A model generated the notes under the pieces. That model did not search any database. It worked only from the letters and a program-made list of their open reading frames with translations, and was not told where the DNA came from. Shown piece by piece: positions 7,487 through 16,689 of a stretch of 64,000 nucleotides of DNA; within the stretch, counting starts at the first letter, position 1, and each line of letters starts with the position of its first letter. Source of the stretch: Candidatus Giovannonibacteria bacterium RIFOXYD1_FULL_48_21 (GTDB lineage Bacteria > Patescibacteriota > Minisyncoccia > JACPKW01 > UBA11713); the NCBI GenBank assembly GCA_001778985.1, contig MFIU01000002.1:57826-121825 (forward strand), written 5' to 3'. Position numbers and translations under genes: made by a program.

Positions 7487-8800
7487 TTATATCTTGATAA
7501 CCTGTGAACCTTCGGGCATATCTTGGACTTTGAAGCCAAGTTTCATAATTTCTTCCCTTATTCTATCAGCTTGACCCCATTTTTTCTCTCGGCGAAGGGC
7601 CTCTCTCTTTACAAGAAGCGCTTTGACTCGCGGCGGGACAGCTGATTTTTTTAAGTTTTTAAGCCCGAGACCCAAGACTTCGTCAGCACAGAGCAAATCT
7701 TCGTAGCTTTTAGCCTCTTTCCAAAGAAGGGCAAGGGCGCGCGGCATATTGAGGTCATCATTTAGCCGCGCTAAAAATTCTTTGCAGAAGGACCCGTCAG
7801 ATTTTTTCTTTCGCGCTTTGGCCTCCCGGGCGCGTTCCTGGAGTTTCAGGCGCGCTTGCCGTGCTCCTTCAAGCGCTTTCCAGGAAAACGAGAGGGGTGA
7901 ACGGTAGTGAGCGGTTAAGACGAGGTAGCGAAAGTCGAGCGGTTCGAATCCTTTTGTTTCCAGGTCCCGGAGGGTGAAAAGGTTGCCGAGGGATTTTGAC
8001 ATCTTTTTTTTCTCTATCAAAAGATGTTCTCCTTCGACAAAAAACCTCGCGAATTTTCTGCCGTAGGCGGCTTCGGACTGAGCGATTTCATTTTCATGAT
8101 GCGGAAAAATCAAATCAATTCCGCCGGCATGGATATCTATGGGCAGCCCAAGATATTTTATAGACATGGCCGAACATTCAATATGCCAGCCGGGGTGTCC
8201 GCCAACTGGAGGACTCTTTTTTTTCCATAACGCAAAATCTTCCGCCTGGTCTTTTGAATATTCGTCAACCGAGATTCTCGCGCCTGATTTTAACCCGCCT
8301 GCCGGACGGGCAGGTTCTTTTTGCTTGAGCCCGGAGAGTCGGCCGTATTTTTTAAACTTCGAGATATCGAAGTAGATTCCGTCCTCGGTTTCGTAAGCGT
8401 ATTTTTTCTTCAAAAGAAGGTTTATGATTTTTTTCATCTCCGAGATGTGTTCTGTGGCGCGAGGATATTTGAAGGCCGGCAAAATGTTAAGTCTTTTGAT
8501 ATCCCCAAAAAATCCTTTTTCGTAAAAACTCGTGAATTCTTTCAAACTTTTGCCGGCCTTTTTAGCTCCGCGGATGGTCTTATCGTCTATATCCGTGATA
8601 TTCATCACCAGTTTTACTTTATGGCCGTTTAATTCGAGCGTCCGACGCAAAATATCCTCAAAAATAAAAGTGCGCAGATTCCCGACATGAACGTAGTCGT
8701 AAACCGTTGGCCCGCAGGCGTAAAATTTAACCTCACCCTTGCGGGCGGGCCTGAAAATTTCTTTCTTTCTGGTGAAGGTGTTGAAAAGTCTCAATGACAT
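7487..8800 (-). CDS. cysS: Cysteine--tRNA ligase
   Basis: Class I HIGH motif (HVGN) and KMSKSLGN. Zinc-binding Cys residues. Confidence 0.9.
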   Translation of the reverse strand: MSLRLFNTFTRKKEIFRPARKGEVKFYACGPTVYDYVHVGNLRTFIFEDILRRTLELNGHKVKLVMNITDIDDKTIRGAKKAGKSLKEFTSFYEKGFFGDIKRLNILPAFKYPRATEHISEMKKIINLLLKKKYAYETEDGIYFDISKFKKYGRLSGLKQKEPARPAGGLKSGARISVDEYSKDQAEDFALWKKKSPPVGGHPGWHIECSAMSIKYLGLPIDIHAGGIDLIFPHHENEIAQSEAAYGRKFARFFVEGEHLLIEKKKMSKSLGNLFTLRDLETKGFEPLDFRYLVLTAHYRSPLSFSWKALEGARQARLKLQERAREAKARKKKSDGSFCKEFLARLNDDLNMPRALALLWKEAKSYEDLLCADEVLGLGLKNLKKSAVPPRVKALLVKREALRREKKWGQADRIREEIMKLGFKVQDMPEGSQVIKI

Positions 8801-8809
8801 TTAATCATT

Positions 8810-9664
8810 TTATGCTTGGGAGAAAATTTGAGCAACTACGATTGACGCCAGCACAATCAGGAAAGCAATAAATTTTTTATGGTTGAGTTTTTCTTTCAAG
8901 AGAAAGATCGCGGCAAAATACACCAAGAGCGGCTGGAGAGAGAAGAGCAGCATCGTATAGATGATGCCGGAACGCTGGTAGGAGAAGAAAAACAGAATCC
9001 AGGCCGCGGTGGTGAGGACATTTGTCAAAATTAAAAGGAGCACTGCCCGGTCCGGGATTTTTTGCATTTTCCCGGCGAAGAGGAAACCCATGATTGCCGC
9101 CAGGGCTCCGGAACGGAAAAGCTCCAGCGATATAGGGTGCCAGGCCGTAAGAAGCACCTTGGAGGCCGCCGCGCTTAGCGGAGCGATGGCGAGGGAAAAA
9201 ATTAAAAAAGGGCGAGTATCCTTTTTGATGAGAAAATGTCCTCCCTTCCAGTGGGACCAAATTATGGCAGTCGAGGCGGCCAGCGCCGGAATCAATACAA
9301 AAAAGTTCCGCTCATCAGTGAAAAAAATACCACTGAATATAACAACTGGAATCACGGACAAAAGCCCGATAGTTTCAAGTTCGTTGAGTTTATCTTGGTC
9401 CAGCGCCCGGTAAAATAAAATATTAGAGCCTACACTAAGTATTATCGACACGAGGAGCCACCAGAAAAGTCCGCCGTAGATGAGTTCGGAAGAGAAAGGC
9501 GGGCGAAAGATTAAAAAAATTATCAGAGTGATGAAAAAGACCAAAGGGAAACTCATCCCGGTGTAGGCCCTGAAATCAACCCGCCGGACCGAAAGAATGA
9601 CTTTATCCAGCGTAAAAGAAGCCGCCTGCAAAACCGCCGCGAGAATTGGCAAAAGGAAATTCAT
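8810..9664 (-). CDS. EamA/DMT-superfamily transporter (10 TM)
   Basis: Two tandem 5-TM EamA-like halves. The six-frame ORF extends to 9808 but overlaps the CorA-like gene. The internal Met start MNFLLPIL at 9664 is preferred. Confidence 0.5.
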   Translation of the reverse strand: MNFLLPILAAVLQAASFTLDKVILSVRRVDFRAYTGMSFPLVFFITLIIFLIFRPPFSSELIYGGLFWWLLVSIILSVGSNILFYRALDQDKLNELETIGLLSVIPVVIFSGIFFTDERNFFVLIPALAASTAIIWSHWKGGHFLIKKDTRPFLIFSLAIAPLSAAASKVLLTAWHPISLELFRSGALAAIMGFLFAGKMQKIPDRAVLLLILTNVLTTAAWILFFFSYQRSGIIYTMLLFSLQPLLVYFAAIFLLKEKLNHKKFIAFLIVLASIVVAQIFSQA

Positions 9665-9671
9665 AAGGAGA

Positions 9672-10586
9672 TTAAATCCAGCGCCGGTGCTTGAAGAAAA
9701 GGAGCATGGCGATGACGACCGCAGCCATAAGGCCGAGAATGACCCAGAAATCGTAACGGCTGCCCACGATGGGCCTGGCAACAGCGTCAATCGCGAAGAT
9801 GGAAGCAATCAAGGTGAGAGGGAAAGTGAGGAGAGCGAGCATGGTGAAGGCCTTGATGGTTTCGTTCGAGTGGCGAGATTGGAGGGCGTTATAAGTATCG
9901 TATAAGGCCTCCAGGGCGTCTTTGTCGTTTTCAGCCAAAGCCAGTAGCCGGCGGTAGTTTTGGGAAAGCTCTTTTACGTTTTTGGAAAACTCCGAACCGA
10001 AGATAGCGCGGGCAATGGGCGCGAATTCTTCGAGCAGGGTGCCGTGAGGCCGGAGTGCTCTTAGAAAATCTAAAATGTCCCGCCGCAAAAGCGAAATTTC
10101 TTCGATTAATTCTTTCTTCTCTTCCGAAAAAATCCGCTCCTCCACCCGGTCGATTTTTCTCTGGATATGGTCGAGTTCGGCGAGGAGATGGCGGTAGATT
10201 TCGTGCCAGAGCCGGTGGAGGAGTTTTTGAGCACTTTGGTCAAAAAGGTTCTGACGCAGATTCAAATTCAGTTCAGTTTTTCCAAAAAAATCCGCCAGGG
10301 GTTCAATCGGCTCGTAGTGGATTGTCAGAATAAATTTTCCGCCCACGGCCAAGTCCAGCTCCCGGGAGTGGTGATGCCCCCGGCGGTGGTCGTAGAGCGG
10401 CAGGTGGAATATAAGGTAAAGCTGTTCGCCCCAGCTTTCGGCTTTGGGGTGGAAGCTCGGACGGGCGAGTTCTTCGGAAACATGCTGGGGCAGGTTAAAT
10501 TCCTTGGTTAGCTTTGAAATTTCGTCCGGTGAAGGGCTTTGGACATCCACCCAGGCAATCCCGTTATAATCAATCCTTGAAAGCAT
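9672..10586 (-). CDS. CorA-like divalent cation transporter family protein
   Basis: Cytoplasmic alpha/beta domain plus two C-terminal TM helices. The GMN motif is not canonical (FAIDAV). Confidence 0.5.
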   Translation of the reverse strand: MLSRIDYNGIAWVDVQSPSPDEISKLTKEFNLPQHVSEELARPSFHPKAESWGEQLYLIFHLPLYDHRRGHHHSRELDLAVGGKFILTIHYEPIEPLADFFGKTELNLNLRQNLFDQSAQKLLHRLWHEIYRHLLAELDHIQRKIDRVEERIFSEEKKELIEEISLLRRDILDFLRALRPHGTLLEEFAPIARAIFGSEFSKNVKELSQNYRRLLALAENDKDALEALYDTYNALQSRHSNETIKAFTMLALLTFPLTLIASIFAIDAVARPIVGSRYDFWVILGLMAAVVIAMLLFFKHRRWI

Positions 10587-10622
10587 GCTCCTTTAATTTT
10601 AATATAGAAGGACCGCACTGTC

Positions 10623-11846
10623 ATGGAAATATCAGGAAAGAAAAAAGTTTTTTTTATTATTGCCGCGTTTTTGGCCATCGGCGCGGCTTTTGCCGGCGGC
10701 GCTTTTTTTGGATATAGCCAGCGGCCCGAAGTCGAAAAAATCCTGGGGATTTTGAATAAAGAGGAGCCGGCGGTCGGCCAGACGGTGGATTTTTCGCCTT
10801 TCTGGAAAGCCTGGCGGCTGGTGGAAGAGAAATATGCCGCGCCCGAGGAGATTCGCCGCCAGGAGATGGTTTGGGGCGCGATCCAAGGCTTGTTAAAGTC
10901 GCTGGACGACCCCTACACCGTCTTTTTTCCGCCGGAGGAGAAAAAACTTTTTGAATCCGAGGTGCGGGGCAACTTCGAGGGCGTTGGGATGGAAATCGCG
11001 GTTAAGAAGGGGATTTTGACCGTGGTCGCGCCCCTGAAAGGCACGCCGGCTTTTCGGGCCGGGATTAAAGCCGGAGACAAAATTTTAAAAATCGGCGATG
11101 AAGAAACCACGGACCTCAATGTCGAGGAAGCTGTTAAGCTTATCCGCGGCCCCAAGGGGACGACCGTTCGGCTGACCGTTCTCTCGGAGGGCGAAGATAA
11201 ATCCAAAGAGCTGGAAGTGGTTCGGGATACGATTCAGGTTCCGGTTTTGGAGACCGAAAAAATCGGGACGGATGTTTTCACGATAAAACTGCATAATTTT
11301 TCAGAGCGCTCGCCCTTTGAATTTCAGCAAGCTTTGAGAACTTTTGTTTTTTCCGGCGCGGACAAGCTGATAATCGATTTGCGCAACAACCCCGGCGGCT
11401 TTCTGGAAGCCTCGGTGGATATCGCTTCCTGGTTTTTAAAGACCGGGGAAGTTGTGCTTCGGGAAAGGTTTAGGGACGGCGAAGAGAGTCTGCACCGTTC
11501 CCGCGGCTACAATACTTTTCCAGAACTGCCGCTAGTGGTTTTGGTCAACGAAGGCTCGGCCTCGGCTTCGGAGATTTTGGCCGGAGCGCTACAGGACCAC
11601 GGAATCGCGAAAATAGTCGGCGCCCAGAGTTTCGGCAAGGGCTCGGTCCAGGAATTGCTCGAGGTCACGGACGAAACCTCGCTTAAAATCACCATCGCCC
11701 GCTGGCTCACTCCGAACGGGAGAGACATCACCAAAACCGGCATTACTCCGAACTTTGAGGTTAAATACACAGAAGAGGACGCCCAGCAAGGCCGCGATCC
11801 CCAGCTGGACAAGGCTTTAGAAGTTCTTAGAAATTGGCCCAAATAA
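10623..11846 (+). CDS. ctpA: C-terminal processing peptidase (S41, CtpA-like) with PDZ domain
   Basis: PDZ segment GIKAGDKILKIGDEET. S41 catalytic region LVVLVNEGSASASEILAGALQDHG. N-terminal TM or signal. Confidence 0.8.
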   Translation: MEISGKKKVFFIIAAFLAIGAAFAGGAFFGYSQRPEVEKILGILNKEEPAVGQTVDFSPFWKAWRLVEEKYAAPEEIRRQEMVWGAIQGLLKSLDDPYTVFFPPEEKKLFESEVRGNFEGVGMEIAVKKGILTVVAPLKGTPAFRAGIKAGDKILKIGDEETTDLNVEEAVKLIRGPKGTTVRLTVLSEGEDKSKELEVVRDTIQVPVLETEKIGTDVFTIKLHNFSERSPFEFQQALRTFVFSGADKLIIDLRNNPGGFLEASVDIASWFLKTGEVVLRERFRDGEESLHRSRGYNTFPELPLVVLVNEGSASASEILAGALQDHGIAKIVGAQSFGKGSVQELLEVTDETSLKITIARWLTPNGRDITKTGITPNFEVKYTEEDAQQGRDPQLDKALEVLRNWPK

Positions 11847-11847
11847 A

Positions 11848-12291
11848 ATGGCTCAGGTAATACTCTTGAAAGACGTCCCGCAGTTGGGGCAGAAAGGAGC
11901 GATTAAAGAAGTTAAGGATGGTTACTTTAGAAATTTTTTGATGCCGAGGCGGCTCGCTGAATTGGCTACTCCGGCGAGAACATCCAGCCTCCGGGCTGAC
12001 GAGGCCCAGCGAAAAGATAAAAAAGATAAGTTCGAAAAAGAAAGCCGGGATGAACTTTCCAGAATAGGGGAGAGGGCCCTGGTCTTTAAAGTTAAGACCA
12101 CGCCCAAAGGCAGCTTATATCGGGCTTTTTCAGAAAAGGAGATTTTAGAAAAACTTGAAACTGAAGGATTCAAGACCATCAAGGAATCGTGGATTAAATT
12201 AGAAAAACCCCTGAAGAAAACAGGGGAGTATGAAATTTTGATTCAAGCGCCTTTCGGCCCAGAAGCGAGATTGAAAATCGAAATTAAATGA
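11848..12291 (+). CDS. rplI: 50S ribosomal protein L9
   Basis: [31 protein letters not shown] is the L9 N-terminus. Confidence 0.85.
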   Translation: MAQVILLKDVPQLGQKGAIKEVKDGYFRNFLMPRRLAELATPARTSSLRADEAQRKDKKDKFEKESRDELSRIGERALVFKVKTTPKGSLYRAFSEKEILEKLETEGFKTIKESWIKLEKPLKKTGEYEILIQAPFGPEARLKIEIK

Positions 12292-12556
12292 CGCTGACTA
12301 TTTTAACTTGTCGAATTTTGCCGTCAAAGCGGGTTTTCCGTTTGGTGTAAAATTTAACCGCCCCAGCTTTGATAGCGTAGAGAGTCCAGTCCCGCCCGGC
12401 CCGAACGTTCTCGCCGGGAAAAAATTTTGTGCCGCGCTGGCGAATAATTACCGAGCCAGCTTTGGCTTGCTCGCCCTCAAAAAGTTTTACCCCGAGATAT
12501 TTGGGTCCCGAATCGCGGAGATTTGAAGTTGAACCAGTAGCCTTTGTATGTGCCAT
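12284..12556 (-). CDS. rpmA: 50S ribosomal protein L27
   Basis: [24 protein letters not shown]...[16 protein letters not shown] is the L27 signature. Confidence 0.9.
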   Translation of the reverse strand: MAHTKATGSTSNLRDSGPKYLGVKLFEGEQAKAGSVIIRQRGTKFFPGENVRAGRDWTLYAIKAGAVKFYTKRKTRFDGKIRQVKIVSVI

Positions 12557-12564
12557 AATAAAAT

Positions 12565-12930
12565 ATGCTAACTGATTTAGTTAAAAAAATCAACCCCGTT
12601 AGAAATAAAATTTCTAACGGGGTCAAGTCCGAGGAGATTATTCTGATTTTGGTCATAATTTTGACGGCTTTGAGTGGTTTTGCCCTGGGCAGAATTTCGG
12701 CGCTTGGCGAAGAAAAATTTCCAATTAAAATCGAATCCGGCGAACTTCCGGGAACCCAAGAGGGGAGTGTTATTAAATCTTTCGTCGGCTCCAAAAACGG
12801 CGCGGTTTATCATTATCCGTCCTGCCCCGGAGCCAAACAAATCAAAGAAGAAAACAGAATTTATTTTTCGTCGCGCGGCGAGGCCGAGAAAGCCGGCTAT
12901 CGGCCAGCCGCCAATTGCCCGGGGTTATGA
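12565..12930 (+). CDS. Membrane-anchored protein with Ada-like metal-binding motif ([10 protein letters not shown]...[13 protein letters not shown])
   Basis: Resembles the Ada N-terminal Zn-binding pattern Y..V.TTGI.CRPSC...F..EA..AG.RPC, but only part of the Cys set is kept. TM helix near the N-terminus. A palindromic hairpin element lies at codons 10-19. Confidence 0.4.
   Translation: MLTDLVKKINPVRNKISNGVKSEEIILILVIILTALSGFALGRISALGEEKFPIKIESGELPGTQEGSVIKSFVGSKNGAVYHYPSCPGAKQIKEENRIYFSSRGEAEKAGYRPAANCPGL
12594..12622. repeat. Hairpin element A: CCCCGTTAGAAAT-aaaa-TTTCTAACGGGG
   Basis: Perfect 12-13-bp inverted repeat with a 4-nt spacer. Member of the recurring stem family. Confidence 0.7.
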
Positions 12931-12986
12931 GGAGGGAAGTGGAGGTTTGAATTAGATACCATGTCGCACATCCTACATTTTGCGAA

Positions 12987-13508
12987 CTACTGCACTGCAC
13001 GGTGTATCCACTTCCATTCTTTGCCGTTACTTTTCAGTGGTTTCATGGATTCATGGATTTTTATAAGTTTTTCAATGTCCGCCGGAGACCAGCGGTTTGA
13101 AATAAAACCCCTTTTACCTCCCTGTATATTTATCTCTTTTCTTTTATTCCTACCTATAATTTGCAAGGCGTCTTTCCAAAGAAGAAAATCTTTCGACTTT
13201 TTACCAAAAAGTTGATGTTTCTCGAAGAAGGGCACGATAATTTTCTGTAAATTATCTATGCCAGCTACCGAGTACCTAGCTACCTGTTTATTCTTTGCAA
13301 AAGTTATCTTCCCACACCCCAAAGTGTCTTTTATAAGTTTCAATAAGTCCACATCATCACTCCGGAGGCTTATGACAAATTCTGCACTCCAGCGGAAATA
13401 TTCAGGCCGATTTTTTCTTTTTTTCTTGACTTCACGCTGAAATTTTAAAGCAAAACATCCCTCCCCATCCACAAAACCCGCTATATAATCACCGGGGAGT
13501 TCGCCCAC
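12987..13508 (-). CDS. LAGLIDADG homing endonuclease (single-motif, free-standing)
   Basis: YIAGFVDGEGCF is a LAGLIDADG motif. 173 aa. It sits in an AT-rich stretch with no room for a group I intron core around it. Confidence 0.8.
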   Translation of the reverse strand: MGELPGDYIAGFVDGEGCFALKFQREVKKKRKNRPEYFRWSAEFVISLRSDDVDLLKLIKDTLGCGKITFAKNKQVARYSVAGIDNLQKIIVPFFEKHQLFGKKSKDFLLWKDALQIIGRNKRKEINIQGGKRGFISNRWSPADIEKLIKIHESMKPLKSNGKEWKWIHRAVQ

Positions 13509-13515
13509 AGTATTA

Positions 13516-13764
13516 TTATTTTTTTAATTTTTCTAGACTACCCGCTAACGGCTCCCAGAGCAAATCTTTAAACGTCCCGAAAATAATCTTCACCGGCGCC
13601 AAAAGATAATTTTTCCAAACGAATTTAATTCCTCCGAAAACGTACGAGAAATTGTCCTTAAGGGTTTTATTGCTGAATAATTCCCCCAGCGAAACTCCTA
13701 AAAGGCTTATAATGACTACCAAAAGGGCTAAAATTATGAGTATCTGGATAAATCCACTTTGCAT
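13516..13764 (-). CDS. Small hydrophobic protein (1-2 TM), function unknown
   Basis: ORF only; hydrophobic N-terminus. Confidence 0.3.
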   Translation of the reverse strand: MQSGFIQILIILALLVVIISLLGVSLGELFSNKTLKDNFSYVFGGIKFVWKNYLLAPVKIIFGTFKDLLWEPLAGSLEKLKK

Positions 13765-13791
13765 AGTTGTGATAGTATTATAGCATAACTT

Positions 13792-14079
13792 ATGATGGCC
13801 GAGAAAGAAGAAACAAGGTTTATAACTATCAAGACCGCGGCCAAGATGCTGGGGGTCTCGCCTTTAACGCTCCGGAACTGGGATAAAAAGAAAAAAATGG
13901 TGGCTTTTCGCCATCCCATCAATAATTACCGGGTCTACAAGCTGACCGACCTTCAAGAATTTTTAAAAAGAATAGAAAATACTAATAAACCTAAAAAACT
14001 TAAAATAGAACTTCTCTCAGACGAGCCAGAATCCGAAACTCCCCCTCCCCTGTCCCCAGACGACATCCTAAAGATATAG
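13792..14079 (+). CDS. MerR/excisionase-type HTH DNA-binding protein
   Basis: IKTAAKMLGVSPLTLRNWDKK is an HTH_17 / Xis-like helix-turn-helix. Acidic Pro-rich tail. Confidence 0.55.
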   Translation: MMAEKEETRFITIKTAAKMLGVSPLTLRNWDKKKKMVAFRHPINNYRVYKLTDLQEFLKRIENTNKPKKLKIELLSDEPESETPPPLSPDDILKI

Positions 14080-14133
14080 AAAGTTTCTTAATTTCCGATA
14101 CAATATACTCATTCCATAACGATTTGTCGCCCA

Positions 14134-14207
14134 TGGCTGCGGGGCTAGGGATCGAACCTAGATCTCCGGGTCCAAAGCCCGGCGTGCGACCATTACACCA
14201 CCCCGCA
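14134..14207 (-). tRNA. tRNA-Gln (anticodon TTG), CCA encoded
   Basis: Reverse complement is TGCGGGGTGGTGTAATGGTCGCACGCCGGGCTTTGGACCCGGAGATCTAGGTTCGATCCCTAGCCCCGCAGCCA. U1:A72. Anticodon stem CCGGG/CCCGG with loop CTTTGGA. Discriminator G. Confidence 0.7.
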
Positions 14208-14882
14208 ATTTTTTGCGATCCCCATTATCCAGCCGTCGATCTTCCGATTCAAATTGGTACTGCGAGCTATCCTCACCCGGATTAAGCCGTGATAATTTTC
14301 ATCAATATTCTTTCGTTTGGTATTTGTTTTATTGTCCTTGAAATAGACGGTGCCAAAGCTATCTATAGGTTGATTTAAGATTTGAGACCAATATCTTTTT
14401 GCTTTTTCAACGTCATTACCTTTATGTATGTAAAGTTCAAATTTGATATCATTATTATTTACAGATAGTATCTTTCTTACGAATACTAAGAATAACCTTA
14501 TCATATTTGAGTCGGAATTGGTAAAAATCACCCCCTGACTGATGTTGTGTGCTTTTTGTTTCGACCCCTCGGCCCAATAGAGTGTAGCGCCAATTAAAAG
14601 CAGCTCTCTTTCAGAAATATCACCAACTTTCCTGCTAGCCTCGTTGTATATTACATTGGAAACCGATATACGCTTTTGTCTTTGCGATATCCAGCCTCGC
14701 TTCATAGATTCTAATTTTTTGGCAGTCAACCTTTGTTGTTGTTGTAAAGATAAACCAACTTCTCGTAGCCACAAAGACAAAGTAGAACGCGAGACCACCA
14801 CTTCTTTTAAAATTTCACTATATGACAACCCCTCTTTTCTGAGCTTTATAGCCTTCTCTTTTTCTCTCATTTTTGTAAACAT
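14193..14882 (-). CDS. HTH-domain protein with a possible degenerate single LAGLIDADG-like domain
   Basis: N-terminal HTH (LRKEGLSYSEILKEVVVSRSTLSLWLREV). LLLIGATLYWAEGSK resembles a LAGLIDADG helix with E in the acidic position. The 3' end overlaps the tRNA-Gln 5' end by about 15 nt. Confidence 0.4.
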   Translation of the reverse strand: MFTKMREKEKAIKLRKEGLSYSEILKEVVVSRSTLSLWLREVGLSLQQQQRLTAKKLESMKRGWISQRQKRISVSNVIYNEASRKVGDISERELLLIGATLYWAEGSKQKAHNISQGVIFTNSDSNMIRLFLVFVRKILSVNNNDIKFELYIHKGNDVEKAKRYWSQILNQPIDSFGTVYFKDNKTNTKRKNIDENYHGLIRVRIARSTNLNRKIDGWIMGIAKNCGVV

Positions 14883-14949
14883 AAATCAAACATACGATAT
14901 ACGTTTTATGATATCGAAATGTCGTTCGGATGTAAATCTTATGTAAATC

Positions 14950-16065
14950 TTAAGAGGCAGTTATTTTCAAGACGGCGAGTTCGAGGGGAAGTTGCGCCAG
15001 ATAGGCAACTTTCAAAAGCGGATAAGCGTTATTCAGATGATTTAAAATATTCTCAAAATCTTTTACTTGATATTTTTGGGCCAGTACCTGGAGCGAGGAA
15101 AGTTCAGAAGCAGGCAAGAAAGTTTTTAACTCTTTTTCATAATTAGAATCCAGTTTCAGATACAGCAGAAACCTGAAGTTTCTAATCAAAAGCTTGAGAA
15201 ACGCTCTCTGGTCCAAATTCTCTTCGCTCCCCTGATGAATAAGCTTTAGGGCTGTTTTAGCGTCTTTTTCCAAAAGAGCCGTAGTAATTTTTTCCAGAAG
15301 TTCCTGTTCCGGCACCCCGAAAATACCACGAAGTTCTTTGGCGCCAAGTTCTGAAGCGCTTGCGGCGAGGGCCTGATCCAACATGCTCTGGGCGTCCCGC
15401 AGCGAGCCTTCGGCCAAAATCGCGATGATATTCAAAACTTCACTCTCTACTTTTACTCCTTCTTTTTTGACTATCAATTCCAAGGCTTTCTGCAAGTCCT
15501 CCTCTCCTATTTTCCGAAATTCAAAATGCTGGGTCCTCGTTACAATCGTTTCCGGAACTTTGTCGAGTTCGGTGGTGGCCAGGATAAAAATCACATGCTC
15601 CGGCGGCTCCTCTAAGGTTTTTAAAAGGGCGTTGAAAGCTTCTTTGGTGAGCATATGCACCTCGTCGATGATATAGACTTTGTACTTGGTCTTGAACGGC
15701 AAAACCCGCACTCCGTCCCGAAGCGCGCGAATCTCATCAATGCCCCTGGAAGAAGCGGCGTCAATCTCTACCAAATCCAAGGTCTGGCCGGAAGCGAATT
15801 CCTCGCAGAACTCGCATTTATTGCAGGGAGACTGGAGGTTGGACCCCAGGTCTCTATCGAGGTCGGACCTCGATAAGCAGTTCACGGCTCTCGCGAAAAT
15901 GCGGGCCACCGTGGTTTTTCCGGTGCCGGCCGGGCCGGAGAAAAGATAGGCGTGGGAAATGCGGTTTTTTTCGAGCGCGGATTTCAAAACCGAAACGATG
16001 GCCTTCTGCCCCACCATTTCTTCGAAACTCTGCGGGCGATACTTCCGGTAAAGCACGGGGCTCAT
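14950..16065 (-). CDS. dnaX: DNA polymerase III subunit gamma/tau
   Basis: YRPQSFEEMVGQ...LFSGPAGTGKTT clamp-loader AAA+ motifs. Zn module with C..C..C..C. Confidence 0.9.
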   Translation of the reverse strand: MSPVLYRKYRPQSFEEMVGQKAIVSVLKSALEKNRISHAYLFSGPAGTGKTTVARIFARAVNCLSRSDLDRDLGSNLQSPCNKCEFCEEFASGQTLDLVEIDAASSRGIDEIRALRDGVRVLPFKTKYKVYIIDEVHMLTKEAFNALLKTLEEPPEHVIFILATTELDKVPETIVTRTQHFEFRKIGEEDLQKALELIVKKEGVKVESEVLNIIAILAEGSLRDAQSMLDQALAASASELGAKELRGIFGVPEQELLEKITTALLEKDAKTALKLIHQGSEENLDQRAFLKLLIRNFRFLLYLKLDSNYEKELKTFLPASELSSLQVLAQKYQVKDFENILNHLNNAYPLLKVAYLAQLPLELAVLKITAS

Positions 16066-16661
16066 TTTTTGGAGACGAAAACCACGAATTTATATCCGAC
16101 AAAGTTCCAAATCAAGCCGACGGCGTTCGCGAAAACTTTCGCGATATTGAGCCATTGGGCCGGAGTGAAAGCTCCCGGAAGGGGGATATAAGTCGTGAGA
16201 AGTACAACGATAAGACTGTTTAACAAGAGGCCGGACACGGTTACGAAAAGAAATTTCGGGAAATCGTTAAACAAAGTTTTTCCGCCCCGGTCCTCGAAAA
16301 CCCAGAGTTTGTTCCAGAGATAGCCGTTAATGACCGCGATCGCGAACCCCGGCACGTTTACCAGCCCGACCACGTTTCCGGCCGTAACTCCGGTCAGGCC
16401 GCTTACGATGTTCAAAACCGCGAAATCAATTGAAGCGCTAAGAAACCCGACGGTCGCGAATTTTCCAAATTGACGAAAAAAAGGGAAAAATCTCGCTAAA
16501 AAATATCCAAGTCTGACGCCGGCTGACCATAAAACCGCGATGCCGAATGGGAGGAAGAGATTTTTATATCCAAAGTCAATTTCCAAATACGCCAAAATAA
16601 CGAGCGTAAAAATTCCGGTAAGAAAACCGACTACGGCGCCGAGCAAAACATCACGCTTCAT
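16062..16661 (-). CDS. GtrA-family membrane protein
   Basis: FGKFATVGFLSASIDFAVLNIV...YLWNKLWVF is a GtrA-like pattern. 4-5 TM. Confidence 0.6.
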   Translation of the reverse strand: MKRDVLLGAVVGFLTGIFTLVILAYLEIDFGYKNLFLPFGIAVLWSAGVRLGYFLARFFPFFRQFGKFATVGFLSASIDFAVLNIVSGLTGVTAGNVVGLVNVPGFAIAVINGYLWNKLWVFEDRGGKTLFNDFPKFLFVTVSGLLLNSLIVVLLTTYIPLPGAFTPAQWLNIAKVFANAVGLIWNFVGYKFVVFVSKK

Positions 16662-16689
16662 ATCCGCTATAATATAATATAATCATTAT

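Noticed and set aside
12931-13515. Group I intron or intein hosting the LAGLIDADG ORF
   Set aside because: The ORF fills essentially the whole interval between the flanking genes. There is no room for an intron catalytic core and there are no flanking extein sequences.
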